From the human T2T-CHM13v2.0 reference genome, Homo sapiens, in NCBI RefSeq assembly GCF_009914755.1, contig NC_060930.1: a stretch of 64,000 nt of DNA; one strand, written 5' to 3'. The stretch's first letter is position 1. Each line of letters begins with the position of its first letter. A program made the position numbers and the translations under genes. The notes beneath the pieces were generated by a model. The model was not told the DNA's origin. It made no database searches and was given only the letters and a program-made list of their open reading frames with translations. Shown one piece after another: positions 1-13,144 of the stretch.

Positions 1-190
1 CACCCTTTTCCCTCGCAGCTAAAAAGTAAAGATTTTCTTTTTACTTAAACGAACAACTAATGATATGCCATGGTTAAAATCCTTTATTGTGCTAACTCAT
101 CACCATACCCTGTCTTTCATAGGCATATATACACAATTCAGCAGTGTCTGCATCTTTTCTCATTCTTTAAAAACCACAGGTGACAATAGT

Positions 191-400
191 GAGGCAACGT
201 GGTGTTGAGGAAAGGACTGGGCGCAGGTCTAGATTTTGGCATTTATTGGCTGGTGAATTAACGCGAGGGAGCAAACCTCTTGAGTCTCAGTTCTGCACGT
301 CTAAAAATGGAGATAACGATGTTTACTTCAGAGGTCTCTTTTGTGAGGAATAAATGAGATAACGTTATGTAAGAGAGGTTGATAAACTATAAATGCAAGT
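191..400 (+). mobile_element. MIR SINE remnant
   Basis: MIR core-like 'aacctcttgagtctcagttctgcacgtctaaaaatggagataa...ttgtgaggaataaatgagataa'; boundaries approximate. Confidence 0.75.
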
Positions 401-1899
401 TAATTATTATTGCAGGGCAGGAAATCGAAATAATGATGTAAACTTAGTTCTTTTTAGGTGGGCAGAGTTAGAAACAGTTTACAAAATAAATCCTTGAATG
501 GCATAGATTCCAGGGATGAAAAAACCATCTAAGAGTGCTTAAACACAATTCCAAATATTGTAAACGCCCCTCCCCACAGTGATAAATATCTACTTTGCTT
601 TTAGGATAAAAGCTAAAAGCCATCTTTTTCATTAAAACTAAACTTTAGGTAGAGATGAAATTTCAAGATTCAGGCCCAGTTTTAAAAATTCTTTTAAAAA
701 TATATGTTTAGTCCTCTTCTTCCTCCTCTCCATCCACCAAATATTGTCAGCAGATCCTGTGCCAGATACTATGTTTAGAAAAGAGTATAGGAGAAAGTAC
801 ATTGAATTGGCAGCAAAAGTACTTCAGTCTGAGTTTCAAATCCTTTGTTCTCCCTGTACCCTCCCTTTCCTGCCCACTTTTCCCACTCTCCCTGTCTCTT
901 TATTGAACCAATTCTTTGCCTTCCAGGACCACCTCAAGCTCTTTGTCCTCCAGCGAAGTAATCAATGGTGACTCCAGCCCTTAGCAGTCTCTCCTTATTA
1001 CACTTCTAAAACCTCTCATTTTGCACTTATCAGGTGCTCCTTGAGTGATTAGTAACAATTTATTGTGTGCTTGAGTTTGCTCCATCCATCCACCCATGCA
1101 TCCACAAATACATATTTAAGCACAATTATGTGCCAGATATCAAACTAGATGATAGATGTGCAATGCAGTCATGGTATATACCCATGTGGATCTTAGATTC
1201 TAACTTATAGTCTCCTAAATTAGAATATTGCTCTGTGAAAATAGGGGCTGTGTCTCATTACTGAATCATAGAATTTGGAATCAAGATAAACAAGAAATGT
1301 CATCTTCTTCATCTATGTGTACCCAATTTCTATTTCAAGCCTTATTCTGCCAGGGTGGCAGAAACTAAATGTCAGTGAATTAAGAGATTTCTCCTTCTCC
1401 CCCTTCCTCCATTCTGTGGGGTTGTGTCAAAGTTCCAAAGAGTTTAACTAGAGCTAAAACTGGGGAGTAGGGTGGGAAAGGGGTGTACTTCAGGTCCCTG
1501 CTGTCATCTGGCTGCATGGGCATCTGCTAAAATAGCCTTTTCCCAATCAGCTGCTTGGTCAGTTGACCTCATGCTGGGCTGGAAACATCTTTGTTCTTGG
1601 CCACATGACCCCAGAAAATCAGGTACCTTTCTTTGCTGCTTCTGCATCACTTCTGGATACAAAATGCTCATTCTGTGTCTCTTCTACTACCAAGAGAGAT
1701 TTGAAACTCACAGGCTGCCTATGACCCTATCTGCCTAGACGCACCAGGCAGCCATTTTTTTTTTCTCTGCATCCTCCCTGGGATTCTATCTGGAACTTGG
1801 TGAACAGATCTCACTTTCTCTCTTTCTTTTTGTCTCTCTATCTCTTTCTCTCTCATCAATGTTATTGAAGTATTATTGATAAGCAATAAACTATATATA

Positions 1900-2718
1900 G
1901 TGTATTTTTCAACTTTTATTTTAGATTCAGGGGGTACATAGGAAGTTTATTTACATGGGTGAATTGCGTGTCACTGAGGTTTGGGCTACGAATGATTCCA
2001 TCACCCAGGTAGCGAGCATAGTATCCAAGAGGTATTTTTTCAACATTCTCCCCCTTCTCCCACCTCCTCGAGTAGTCCCAGTGTCTATTGTTCCCATCTT
2101 TATGTCCATGTGTACGCAATGTTTAGCAGCCACTTATAAGTGAGAATATGCAGTGTTTGGTTTTCTGTTCCTACATTAATTTGCTTAGGGTAATGGCCTC
2201 CAGCTGCATCGATGTTGCTGCAAAGGACATGATTTTCTCCTATCTTATGGCTGCATAGTATTCCATGATATATATGTACCACACTTTCTTTATCCAGTCC
2301 ACCATTGATGGACATCTGCGTTGATTCCATGTCTTCGCTTTTGTGAATAATGCTGTGATGAGCATACGAGTGCAAGTGTGTTTTGGTAGAACAATTTATT
2401 TTTCTTTCGTTATATACATAATATTGAGATTATTGGGTTGAATGGTAGTTCTTCTTTAAGTTCTTTTAGACATCTCTAAACTGCTTCCCACAGTGGCTGA
2501 ACTAATTTACATTCCTGAAAACAGTGTATAAATGTTGCCCTTTCTCTGCAACCTCACCAACATCTGTTATTTTCTGACTTTTTAGTAATAGTCACTCATA
2601 CTCATGTGAGATGGTATCTCATTGTGTTTTGATTTGCATTTCTCTAGTGATTCGTGATGTTGAGCATTTAAATAATATATTTATTTGCCACATGTATGTC
2701 TTCTTTTGAGAAATGTCT
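1900..2718 (-). mobile_element. 5'-truncated L1PA13-16-type LINE-1 3' end
   Basis: Reverse L1 3'UTR ('ttttattttagattcagggggtacat...cacttataagtgagaatatgc') and ORF2 3' end; TSD aataaactatatata (1885-1899) / aataaactacatata (2719-2733). Confidence 0.9.
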
Positions 2719-2860
2719 AATAAACTACATATATTTAAAGGTACAATTTGATATTTTCTGATGTATGTCTATACCCTTGCAACCATCACTACAATAAGGA
2801 GAATGAACATATCCATCACCCACAAAGGTTTTCTTGTGCTCTTTTGTACTCCCTCAATAT
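2719..2860 (-). mobile_element. Old L1M 3' end, interrupted by the L1PA; other piece at ~1858-1899
   Basis: 'atttaaaggtacaatttgata...aaccatcactacaataag...catatccatcaccc' resembles the reverse L1MB-ME 3' end. Confidence 0.65.
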
Positions 2861-3218
2861 GTCCTCTTTTCCTTCCTTCCTTTGGATCTCAGAAATCTCC
2901 TTTATTTGAACTAGCCTGAAAAGCCTGTATGGGGCCCTCTCTTTGGGAAACACCATTTTTATCTCTCCTTGGTTTTCCTCTGACTATACCTCCTTGCTCA
3001 AGAGTAGGAAAACTTGAGGGGGGCATAAAAAGAGGAAGCCTTGGTTTTATTCATTATGTTTTCTCTCAACTCTGTGATGTATACTGTAAAAGCCTAGGTT
3101 ATAGAAACACAGAAGTCAGAAAAATACTATTTATTTTTTTCCTTCTACTCTTAGATCATTTCTCTGAGGCAATCATACACCATGTTTCAGCTGCTTGCTT
3201 GACTGATTGAAGGGTGGA

Positions 3219-3570
3219 TGATATGGTTTGGCTTTGTGTCCCAACCCAAATCTCATATTGAATTGTCATTCCCAGATGTTGAGGGAGGGACCTGATGGGA
3301 AGTGATTGAATCATGGGGGCAGTTTCCTCCATGCTATTCTCGTAATAGTGAGAGAGTTCTCATGAGAGCTGATGGTTTTAAAGTGTGACATATCTGCGCT
3401 CTCTCTTGCCTTCCACCATGGCTTGCTTCCCCTTCACCTTCTGCCAAAATTGTAAGTTTCCTGAGGTCTCCACAGCCATGCAAAACTGTGAGTCAATTAA
3501 ACCTCTTTCCTTTATAAATTAACCAGTCTTAGGTAGTATCTTTATAGCAGTGTGAAAACAGACTAATACA
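3219..3570 (+). mobile_element. THE1-family (THE1D-like) MaLR solo LTR
   Basis: Starts tgatatggtttggct, ends gactaataca; 5-bp TSD gtgga/gtggg. Confidence 0.9.
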
Positions 3571-4224
3571 GTGGGTGAGTTAAGGAGGATAAAGGGTGAC
3601 GTGAAATATTGAGGAGAGGAGACATCAGTGAATGTTTCAAAAATGTTCTTACGATATATAGCCATGAAAGATATTTTATTCTATCACACTTAAGAAACTG
3701 TACACACTAGATAAACAATAAATGACTGTTCAGTGACTGATCCCAATGACCTAGACATCCATAGGAGCTCAGCTGTGTAGGTAGTATTGTGCCCAATAGA
3801 CAGTGCCACTATTGAGGTGAGAAGAATAAAGCTGGGGAAAGAGGAAAATAGCTTTGAAAAATGTACAATTTGTGTGTTTGAATTTAAGAAACTCAGCTGT
3901 CTCATCATTCTTTAAGGAGGATGATCAAATACAGTAAAATGATTGGGTTGGATAGGAAGAACTCTCAGGTACTCTTTTCTAAAATCAAACGATCCTATTA
4001 TGCTAAGCATAACTGGCAAGTTCGATTATATGATCCCTCAAATTGCTAATTTCTTTTGTTTTGTTGTTATACTGAATGGATAAAGCATGTGTACATTTTA
4101 ATATTTGTTGCAAGGAAATATGTTCAATCTTTCTAGAAAGTAATTTATAGTAAATATTTATTGTAGTAGTGGAGAGCTTACCACTTGAGAGGACTGGACA
4201 GAATCCTCTCTTTAGCAACAGCAG

Positions 4225-4445
4225 CAGTAATATTTATCAAGGGCTTTCTATCTGCCAGGCTCTGTCTTAGTTTACATTTATTAACTTATTTTTGCCTTGC
4301 AATAATCCTGGGAATTAGGCAGTATTTCTTCTATTCTAGAGATGAGGAAGCTGAAGCATAAAAAGATTAGCCCAGATTACACAACTAGTCTATGATCAGA
4401 CTAGAATTCAAACCAGGTAGATTCAAGCTTTTAAACACTATGCCA
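4225..4445 (-). mobile_element. MIR remnant
   Basis: 'atttatcaagggctttctatctgccagg...agatgaggaagctgaagc...gaattcaaaccagg'. Confidence 0.7.
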
Positions 4446-4459
4446 AATGCACATTATTA

Positions 4460-4640
4460 TATCATTTAATACTCCTAGGACTGTGCCACATGAATTATTA
4501 TTCCCTGATTTGCAGATGAAGAAATAGAGCCTCAGAGAGGATAAGTAATATACCTAAAAGCAGAAATCTCATAATTTTGGTGGATTCGGGATTCCATATA
4601 GGGTATATCTGACTTTAAAAATTCATGCACTTAATCATGA
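4460..4640 (-). mobile_element. MIR remnant
   Basis: 'tttgcagatgaagaaatagagcctcagagagg' core. Confidence 0.6.
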
Positions 4641-4669
4641 AGCTATAACATCAAGAATGGTAAAATGTT

Positions 4670-5080
4670 AAAGCACTTTGACCTAGCAATTTAACTTTTC
4701 TATACTGCGGGAGTAATCAGAAATTTTGGTAAATTTGAACATACAAAATATTACATACAAATTAAAATGTTTAAAGTATTCTAACTGATCATGGTTAAAT
4801 AAACTATGTACATTCATATAATATTTTGGAATTATTGAAATGATATTTATAGAACGTTTTTAATAATATGAAGAGTGTTCAGATTATAATGATAAATTGG
4901 AAGAAATCCAGGATATAAAATTAAATGGTTATTTTGTTGCAAATGTTTTCAAAATTGAGCAGAGAAAAAAGGATGGAAGAAAATACATCAAAATGTTAAT
5001 GAATAATAAAAATATTCGAATGGTTGGGTTATGGACAATTTTAATTTTATTCAGAATTTTCCATATCATTACATTTTGTC
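4670..5080 (+). mobile_element. Very old L1ME-type 3' fragment
   Basis: 'tttgacctagcaatt', 'aaataaactatgtacattcata', 'atggaagaaaatacatcaaaatgttaa' motifs typical of the L1ME 3' end. Confidence 0.5.
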
Positions 5081-6134
5081 TTAATAATGTGAAGATCAGT
5101 GTTGAGTTTTCCGTTTTATATTTGCTTTGATATAAATTTCTCACAAAAATGCAGTTGTTGAGAACAAATTTTTAAAAATATTTACCGTTAATACTCTCCT
5201 AAGTATACCAAAAAAGCAAGTTATTTAAATTTGTCAGTACAGTATGTTTAGTAGTTAAGTATAATTCTTCCTGTGAGGATCTCCTTGTGGAAGCAAATTA
5301 AATTTGGTATGTAACCTCTCTGCACTTTAATAACATTTGATCTACAGCTGACCAAATAGAAAGTGCAATCTCTTGTTGAGAGACAAAAGCTGAATTCTAC
5401 CCTGTATCAATTATACATGTAAATTTACCTCACCAAGTCCTGCAGATGATGGGTCTTGCTTTAAACCCTAGTGATTGATGAAAGCAGACAAAACTTTCAG
5501 ATTTCCTGTGTGAGTTAGAAGCATTGCCACCCCTTGTCCTGGATCCCCAGCCTGAGTTACAGAACACAGTTATAGGGAAACATCCCAAATTCCCAAACCG
5601 GCTGAATTGACTGAATTTCTGCTTACATTTTACTTTCATTTAGTGATTTTGGGTAGGTCACTTGCTTTTGAGAGTTTAGCACAAACACAAGATTTGTTTG
5701 AAGAATACTACTATGGAAAACAATATATTAGCAGAATTGGGCACTTTGAGGTTGGAATTGGGAAGAAAGTCTTTAGCACAAAGGCCAAGACATAGAATAA
5801 TTACTTTCTGTCCTGAATGGGCCTGGAGAGAAATATTGCTAGAGGAATGATCTGTAAGAAAGCAGATGAAGGAGGGAGAGGGAGGACAGAGGAAGGCCCA
5901 GTGGCACCTCTGCTATCTGTATAATTATGACATTAAATTTCAGTCAGTCTACAGCACATTTCCTAAAATTAAAACAAAGTTTTTGATGACTGTTTTCAGA
6001 AATGAATCATACGGCATCTGGGGAAGTGCCTCTAGGGGTTTTAAACAAATCCTCTATTAGTCATGAGCAATAGGCTGAGTTATAAAACCACATCTGGAGA
6101 ATTACATTTCAAAAGACTCATCCTTTTACCTTTT

Positions 6135-6345
6135 ATGTTACCAGGTGCTGAGCCAGGTGTTCTACATAAATTATCTCATTTGTTTTTTCTGACAACATAA
6201 TAAGGTAAGTATTATAAATCCCATTTTATAGATGAGGGAATGAAAGCTCAAACAGTTCAACAGTTGCTCAGTGTCACTCAACTCACACTGGGATTTGACA
6301 GGTGATCTGCTCAACTCCAACGTCCTCCAATGTCCTTGCCATCCT
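6135..6345 (-). mobile_element. MIR remnant
   Basis: 'cccattttatagatgagggaatgaaagctca' core. Confidence 0.7.
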
Positions 6346-8271
6346 CCTGTAGCCCTTGCAGGAAGGCAGGCATGGTATTTAAAGGTGCACAGAACACAAA
6401 AGGCATGTGGCCATGAGCTCACAGAAGGTAGTGATTATATGGCCAGGAAATAGAAGACATGAAGTAAATATATGCAGTAGGATCTATTTTTAGTACTATT
6501 ACATAACAAATAGGTGAAAATATTTGATAGACGTGTATGGGGACGAAGCTATCTGGAAATAATAACACAGAAGAATTTAGTAGGTTGGAAAGAAGTCCAG
6601 ATTCTACCAGGTAAATAGGCAGATCTAGGAAAATTACAGACGTGGCTTAAGGACCTTATTACAGGCGTAATACCTTCTGATGGATGTAGTTTCAAGTGCA
6701 TGCAGGTTTAAAATAATTTACATTTGATTACTTATGGATGGAATTGAGTTTTGGGGAGGCAAAATGTATTTTGTTTCCTCTTGGGAGCCTTGTGCACTGT
6801 ATCAAACAGCCTAAATTAAAATAATTTTAGTGGCCTGTGTGTGTTGATAAAATTACTATTTAAAGCAAACAGGCACCTTCAGTTTTTCAGAAGAGGAGGG
6901 AATTAGAGATAGAAAATCGGTAAGCTGTGACACCTGCGCAGAATCCTTGTTTGAAATTCAGAAAGGGAATGAGCTACGTGAAAACTTGGTTTTTAAATTT
7001 TTTTAAAAAAGAGATGTGAGATGTTACTGCTGTAGTCTAAATGAACAGAACAGGAAATGTAATGAATTAACTAAATAATTTCCGTATAGTCTAGTTTCCA
7101 GGAATAAAAGAGACATTTAATTGGGATGTGCATAGCAAGGTGATTCAGACAGATGGGTATAGGAATGTAAGACAATGTAGACCAAAGATGACTCCTGTTT
7201 GGAGCTCCAAACTAGCTTGGCAGAGTCAGACAGGAACATTAGGGGGCTCTGAGTTAGCACCAGGTATAAATGGGAAAGTCAGTTACTTGCTACTCTTGAG
7301 AAAAGAATGCTGAGGTCCTTGGGCTGTTTATGAGAAAGGCTGAGGCTGAGTATGTAGAGTTCAGATGCAGCCTACACTATTAACCTACCTTCTGGAGAAT
7401 GGAATCTGGAAAGTACTTTGTGATTAGCAGCTTGTGCCAGGTGGTCCAGGCCAACAGAGGTGTATCAGTCAGAAACCACTCCAGCTAGTTAAGAGAAAGG
7501 ATTAATTACAGTAATTATAATCACTAAATTGATTATAGAATCAGTGAGAAAATAGTGGAAACAGAAAATTAAGCTTTCAGAGACCACTTTGAATTCATAT
7601 CATGGAACTAGGTTATCAAAAGAGCTATTGCCTTTCCTATGATCAGTAAAGTTGTCATGATCAGGGAACAGCCATGATCTGGAAGACCAAGAGAAGCCAT
7701 GGAGGTACAGCCTCATTTTCAGTTCCACCTTTCAGTTATTGTACAAGTGTTGGGGGAACTTAATCATATCTGGAGTCCTAGCCCAAGGCATGTACTCTGA
7801 CTGCAGAAAAGTGCACCAAAAGGAGGTTGCATGGGTCATGTGCCTGTTCACCACACCCAGCACAAGAAGCATTGTGTGTTTGGAGGGACATGCCTGCTGT
7901 GGGCCAGATAACTACCGGAGATGATGTTCCTTGTCTGTCACTTTTTGTTGTATTTTTTCTTGAAGGAAAATTCTCCATGCAAAACATAGACAAAAAACAA
8001 AAATAACTAAATTTTATGTTTTACAGTGTATGCAGCTAAATGATTAATTACATTTTCCTCATTTTTCTGGAAGAAAATATTTTGATATTGTGTTACTTTT
8101 AGGGAGAGTTATAGAAAGTGTAGGGCCAAGTGTATATTTTTCCTTTATAGGAATTAGTCTTCTACCCCAAATGCTATACTCCTCTTGAATAATACTGTAG
8201 ATGCTGTTGTCCAAAGAGAATGTGTTCTGACCCAGGTCATGGAAACAGAGCCACTCACGAGCTGTTATTTC

Positions 8272-8574
8272 ACTATTTTTAGTATTATTTTTTAAGACAG
8301 AGTCTCACTCTGTCACACAGGCGGGAGTGCAGTGGCGCGATCTCGGCTCGCTGCAACCTCCGCTCCCGGGTTCAAGTGATTCTGCTGCCTCAGCCTCCTA
8401 TGTAGCTGGGATTACAGGCGTGTACCACCATGCCCGGCTAATTTTTGCATTTTTAGTAGAGACAGGGTTCCGCCATCTTGGCCAGGCTGGTCTGGAAGTC
8501 CTGACCTCAGATGATCCACCAGCCTTGGTCTCCCAAAGTGCTGGGATTACAGGCGTGAGCCACTGCGCCCAGCC
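8272..8574 (-). mobile_element. AluS element
   Basis: Full reverse Alu dimer ending ...gagccactgcgcccagcc; degenerate TSD agctgt(t/g)at. ORF 8327-8590 is the usual antisense-Alu ORF. Confidence 0.97.
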
Positions 8575-10794
8575 AGCTGTGATGTTTTAGTAAAGGGAGG
8601 GGTGTTTCTGATGTAACCAGTCAGTTTCTCATTTTATATAGTTTCTACTTCTTTTCTTCCTGGAAAATTCTTAGGTACTAAGGTTGCAGGTGTTACCTGA
8701 AATATGTTTAAATGTGCAGAAAAACATGTATATTCTTTGTTTTGTTTTCTGAACCCTTGCCCATGGGGAGAAATCTTAAGTACTCCCTCATACATTTTGA
8801 TGTTAATATCTACATTTTTAAAAATCATAATTATATATTGTTGCAAAAGATGTACTTTTGGTTATAATTACTGATATTTTAAAAGAAAACGGTTACATCA
8901 CTCAAATATATCCAAAAGAATCAAAAGTAGAAAAAAGGTATAAATTTAGAACAATTCTATGGAATTATCAAATGGTTTCAGATAATACTCAAAATCTCGG
9001 GTTTATCAAATTTCTGTGCTCCTCTGCCCACGCCCTTGCTGAGATGTTGCTGGGTGGGTTATGTGTGTGTAGGAGGGAGAGGATTCACTCAACCTCCTGG
9101 CAGAGGGGAGGAGTCACTTCCCAGAGGACCAGTTGGTGAGAGGAGAAGAGAGAGCCCGACCCACTGCAGATATCTAACCTACTTTCCTCTGAATAGTACC
9201 AACAGTGCCAGAGACAGGGAAGTCGGGATATGGCTGGCTGTTTCACATTCTTTGCATGTTCAAAAGAGGAAGACTTCTTTTTTTCCTCCTATCGTATCCT
9301 TCTACCACAGAGCTCTATGCTTCATAGCTTAGCTGTCATAATCTTCTCTCTTCTGGTAGTCTTCAACTTCTTTTATTTGAATAACCTCAAAATGATTTTC
9401 AAAATCTGTAAACCTCATCATACATTTTCAAGTTATTGTCTAAAATTTATCACTTTAACTTTAATAGTTACAAAGAATGTAATTTCTGGAGCATGGTAAG
9501 TATTGATATTTTTAAAGAAACCGTTAAAACGCTTTTTAAAATGTGTCCAATAGAATCTAAATATGATTGTAATTTGACCTGCTATTATCCAATTATAAAA
9601 TATGAGCAAGTTCTTCCTTAACAATAATTTTACATTGTTTCTTTTTCTTCTAAAATTTTTATTTTCATTTAGTTTCTCTCCTAAGATTCTACCATACTCT
9701 TTAGGATAAAAATGCCTAATGTTTAGGGTAAAACATCCTATTGTTATAATATTATTAATATATGTTATTATGGGCATATACTTCTATGATAACATATTTT
9801 ATTTCTAATCAAATATGTAAATTGAAATTTATTTTATTTCCTGTAGCTTTAAGTCTCATTTCACTGTCTGGTTTTGGTATCGGTGTAATACTGCCCTCAT
9901 AGAATGAGTTGGGAAGTGATTCCTCCTATGCTATTTTTTGGAAGTAGACCATTAGCTTTTAATAAAATTATTGAAATGACTGGATTTAAGTCTACCATTT
10001 TATTATTTGTTCTCTATCCCCTGAATTTTCTGTTTCTCAGCTATTTTCCCCCACTCCACTTCTTTCTACCATCTTTTGCATTATTTGAACCTTGAATTTT
10101 TGGCTATACATCTTTGTATTATTTCTCAGTAATTGCTTTAGGTATTACAACATAAATACCTAACTTTTCATTGTCTAATATGGCTAATATTATACCACTT
10201 TATGTTAAATGTAGAAAACTTGCAACCATATAGCTCTTTAACCTGTTTGTCCTTCATGGTAAAATATCATATAACATCTCCATACATTGAAAATCCAGAG
10301 TAGAATGTTATAATTTTTGCTTTCAGCAGAACTTAAAAGAGAAAAATAGTGTTTTAAATTATACATATATTTATCATTTCTGTTGTTCTTTATTTCTAAA
10401 GAGTCCAATAATCTTGTGGTATTATTCCCCTTCAATTTGAAGAATCTTGTTCTATCATTTCTTGTAGATAATATCTGCTGTGGATAGATTTTGTTAGATT
10501 TTTTTTTTTCATTTGAGAATGTCATCCTTTCTCCATTTTTGATGGACATTTTTGCAGAATATGGAATTCTGGGTTGACTTTTATTCAGCAGTTTAAAGAT
10601 GTTTTCCCACTGCATTCTGGCCCCCAATTATTTCTGATGGGAAACCCAGGGTAATTAAAATCATTGTTCCACTGTGTGTCATCGTTTTTTTTCTCTAGCT
10701 ACTTTCAAGGTTTTTTCTTTATGTTTGGTTTCAAAATTTAGATTATAATGAATCCAGGAATGATTTTTATTTTTGAGGTTATCTTGTTTCGCAG

Positions 10795-11265
10795 TAGTTA
10801 ATAACTGTGAAGGGTCTGAGATTTTTACCTTACCTGCAAGCTAACAATTTCATGGATGCTGGTAGAAGATACAATACTCCTGGGTAAGAGACAAAGGACT
10901 TTATTATTCATGGCACTGCAGGCAGCATGAGCTTCATATACTCATTGGTTTACCTGCCTCCAAAGTCCCATAGTGTGATATGGAGTAGCCCAGGAAAATG
11001 CTGTATGCGTAATAGAGTTGAATTATAGCTGAGGAAAGCCTGAAATTTGAGAGGGTACTGATAACAGATATACCCAACTTTTGCCTGAAAAAAGACATTA
11101 TCTTTTATTATAATGGTCATGAAACAAATCTACCCTGTGCCTCAGAGGGAGATACTGTCTCTATTACTCAAGGTTATTTGCTATACAGACATGCTTGAAA
11201 ATATAATCTGAAATGAAAGCTGATATAAAATGTGCATAAATGCCATAGAGAATTGTTTTCCAATA
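10795..11265 (-). mobile_element. ERVL solo LTR, LTR40-like
   Basis: Reverse complement starts tattggaaaacaattctctatgg (cf. TGTTGGGAGACAATTCTCCATGG) and ends ...ctcagacccttcacagtt; family assignment from memory. Confidence 0.65.
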
Positions 11266-11485
11266 AGGACATGCTGGACTTCTTGAATCTGTTAACATAT
11301 ATCTTTTTCCAATACTTACTAAATTTTTGACCATGAGTGTTTTCAAGTAATCTACCTGAATCTTTTTCTCCTCTCCTTTTGGGATTCTAATGTCCTGTAT
11401 GGAGACCTTTTGATAATGTCTCATGGGTCTCTAAGGCCTGCTAATTAAAAAATATAGTTTTATCTCTTTTCTTCAGATTAGATAA

Positions 11486-13144
11486 TGATGGCAGCTGCAG
11501 CTCCAGATGGCCTGCTGCTGCCATCATGCGAGCTGCGGCAGGGAAGCACCACCAGGGTTGAGGAATCCATGGAGCTGGAAGGGAAAAGCAACATCTCTGC
11601 CTCTTCTGAATTGGGGTGGGAGCTCCCCAGGTGCCACAGCAGCCACCCAAATTGTGGCTACAGACTTAGGCCTCCCACTACATGGAGCAGGAAGAAGCTC
11701 CACCCACCAGAGCACAACTGCAGCCTCCCAAATTGCTCTTGGGGGCCGGGGAAGGCACCCCTGACCTTGCAGGCTTGGAAATGCCTGCTCCCACTGCCTG
11801 GCTTCTCCCTGCTGTCATCCCTGGCTCTGATCTTGGAGCAAAGTTGGGGCCAGGCCAGGGCACCATGAATGGCAGCAGGAGGAGATAGATTCCTGAGCAG
11901 AAGGGGGCAGGTCCCTGTTGAGGACCCACCTTCAGGCCAGGGGGAGCCTGAAGGCTGGGAGCTGGGCTACCTGTCCTACAGACCAGAGTGGGAATTTGTA
12001 GTGCCTTTTCTGGGCTTCCCATGGCTGTCAATGGACCAATCAGTGTGTACTTCCTCGCCACTGATGTCCATAAAAGCCTAAGTCTCAGCCAGAGCTGAAT
12101 GGACAACAGGAGGACCAGTGGCAGAGAGGAGCTACTCTCTCTGCTGATAGCAGGAAATGTTGGGATGACCAACTACAGAGAGGAACTACCCACACTAGGG
12201 CCTCCTCTCTGCTGAGGTCTTCAGAGACTTGCAGAGATGTCTGGACTACCAACTGCAGAGAGGAGCAACTCACTACAGGGCGTCCTCTCTGCTAGGAGCT
12301 AGGAAGACAATGGGATCACCTGCCTGCAGAGAGGAGCAACCCATTCCAGGGCCTCCTCTTAGCTAGGAGCTGGGAAGACAATAGGATGACCTGCCTGCAG
12401 AGAGGAGCAACCCACTCCAGGGCCTCCTCTCTGCTAGGAGTTGAACACTTGTCAGGACACCTGGCTGTGGAAAGGAGCTACACGCTGTGGACCTCCTTTG
12501 AGCTATTCTGTTGCTCAATGAAGCTCTTCTTCAATTTGCTCACCCCCCACTTGTCGGCATACTTCATTCTTCCCGGTTGCAGGACAAGAACTCAGGACCT
12601 GCTGAATGGTGGAGCTAAAAGAGCTATAACACAAACAGAACTGACACATGCCCCTTGCTTGCCACATTGTAGGTGAAGAGAAGAAGAGAAGAGCTGTGGC
12701 CCCTCATGGATACCAGACCTAGGAGCTTTCCAAGCCAGGGCTGTGACTCCCTCTTTGGGATCCTGTGGTACCTGGCATGTACAAGCTTCCAGGCACCACT
12801 GCATTCCCCGGTGCCAGCTGGGAAGCTGCTTGCAGTGTACCTGGTCCAGCCACAGCCTCGCAGAGAGCTGGTGTCCATGCTGGCACCTGGGGCACCTGAC
12901 CAGCTGCAGCAGCCAGTGTGTCTGTGCAGTGGCTGGACCCTGCGCTTGCTCACACACCCCTCGCTGCTGCACACCTCACTCACCCTTGGCAGGTGTGGAA
13001 GCCAGACCGGTAGTGTGAGCTGAGCACAATCTGCCAGGCTGAATGGGTGGAATGCGCCCAGTGGACCCTAGCAAAGCTTGTGCTAAGGTGCCACTGGCCA
13101 GAGGTTTCAGGCCAGAAAAGTGACACCCCAAAGATCCTTTAACA
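11486..13144 (+). mobile_element. MER52-family ERV1 solo LTR (~1.66 kb)
   Basis: TG...CA termini (tgatggcagctgc...gatcctttaaca), 4-bp TSD ataa/ataa, GC-rich, internal cagagaggag tandem repeats. Confidence 0.9.

Noticed and set aside
8327-8590. 87-aa ORF, and similar ORFs at 36809, 42347 and 47102
   Set aside because: Standard antisense-Alu translations.
12119-12440. Palindromic repeats resembling a CRISPR array
   Set aside because: The 'spacers' are near-identical, the context is a primate LTR, and there are no cas genes.
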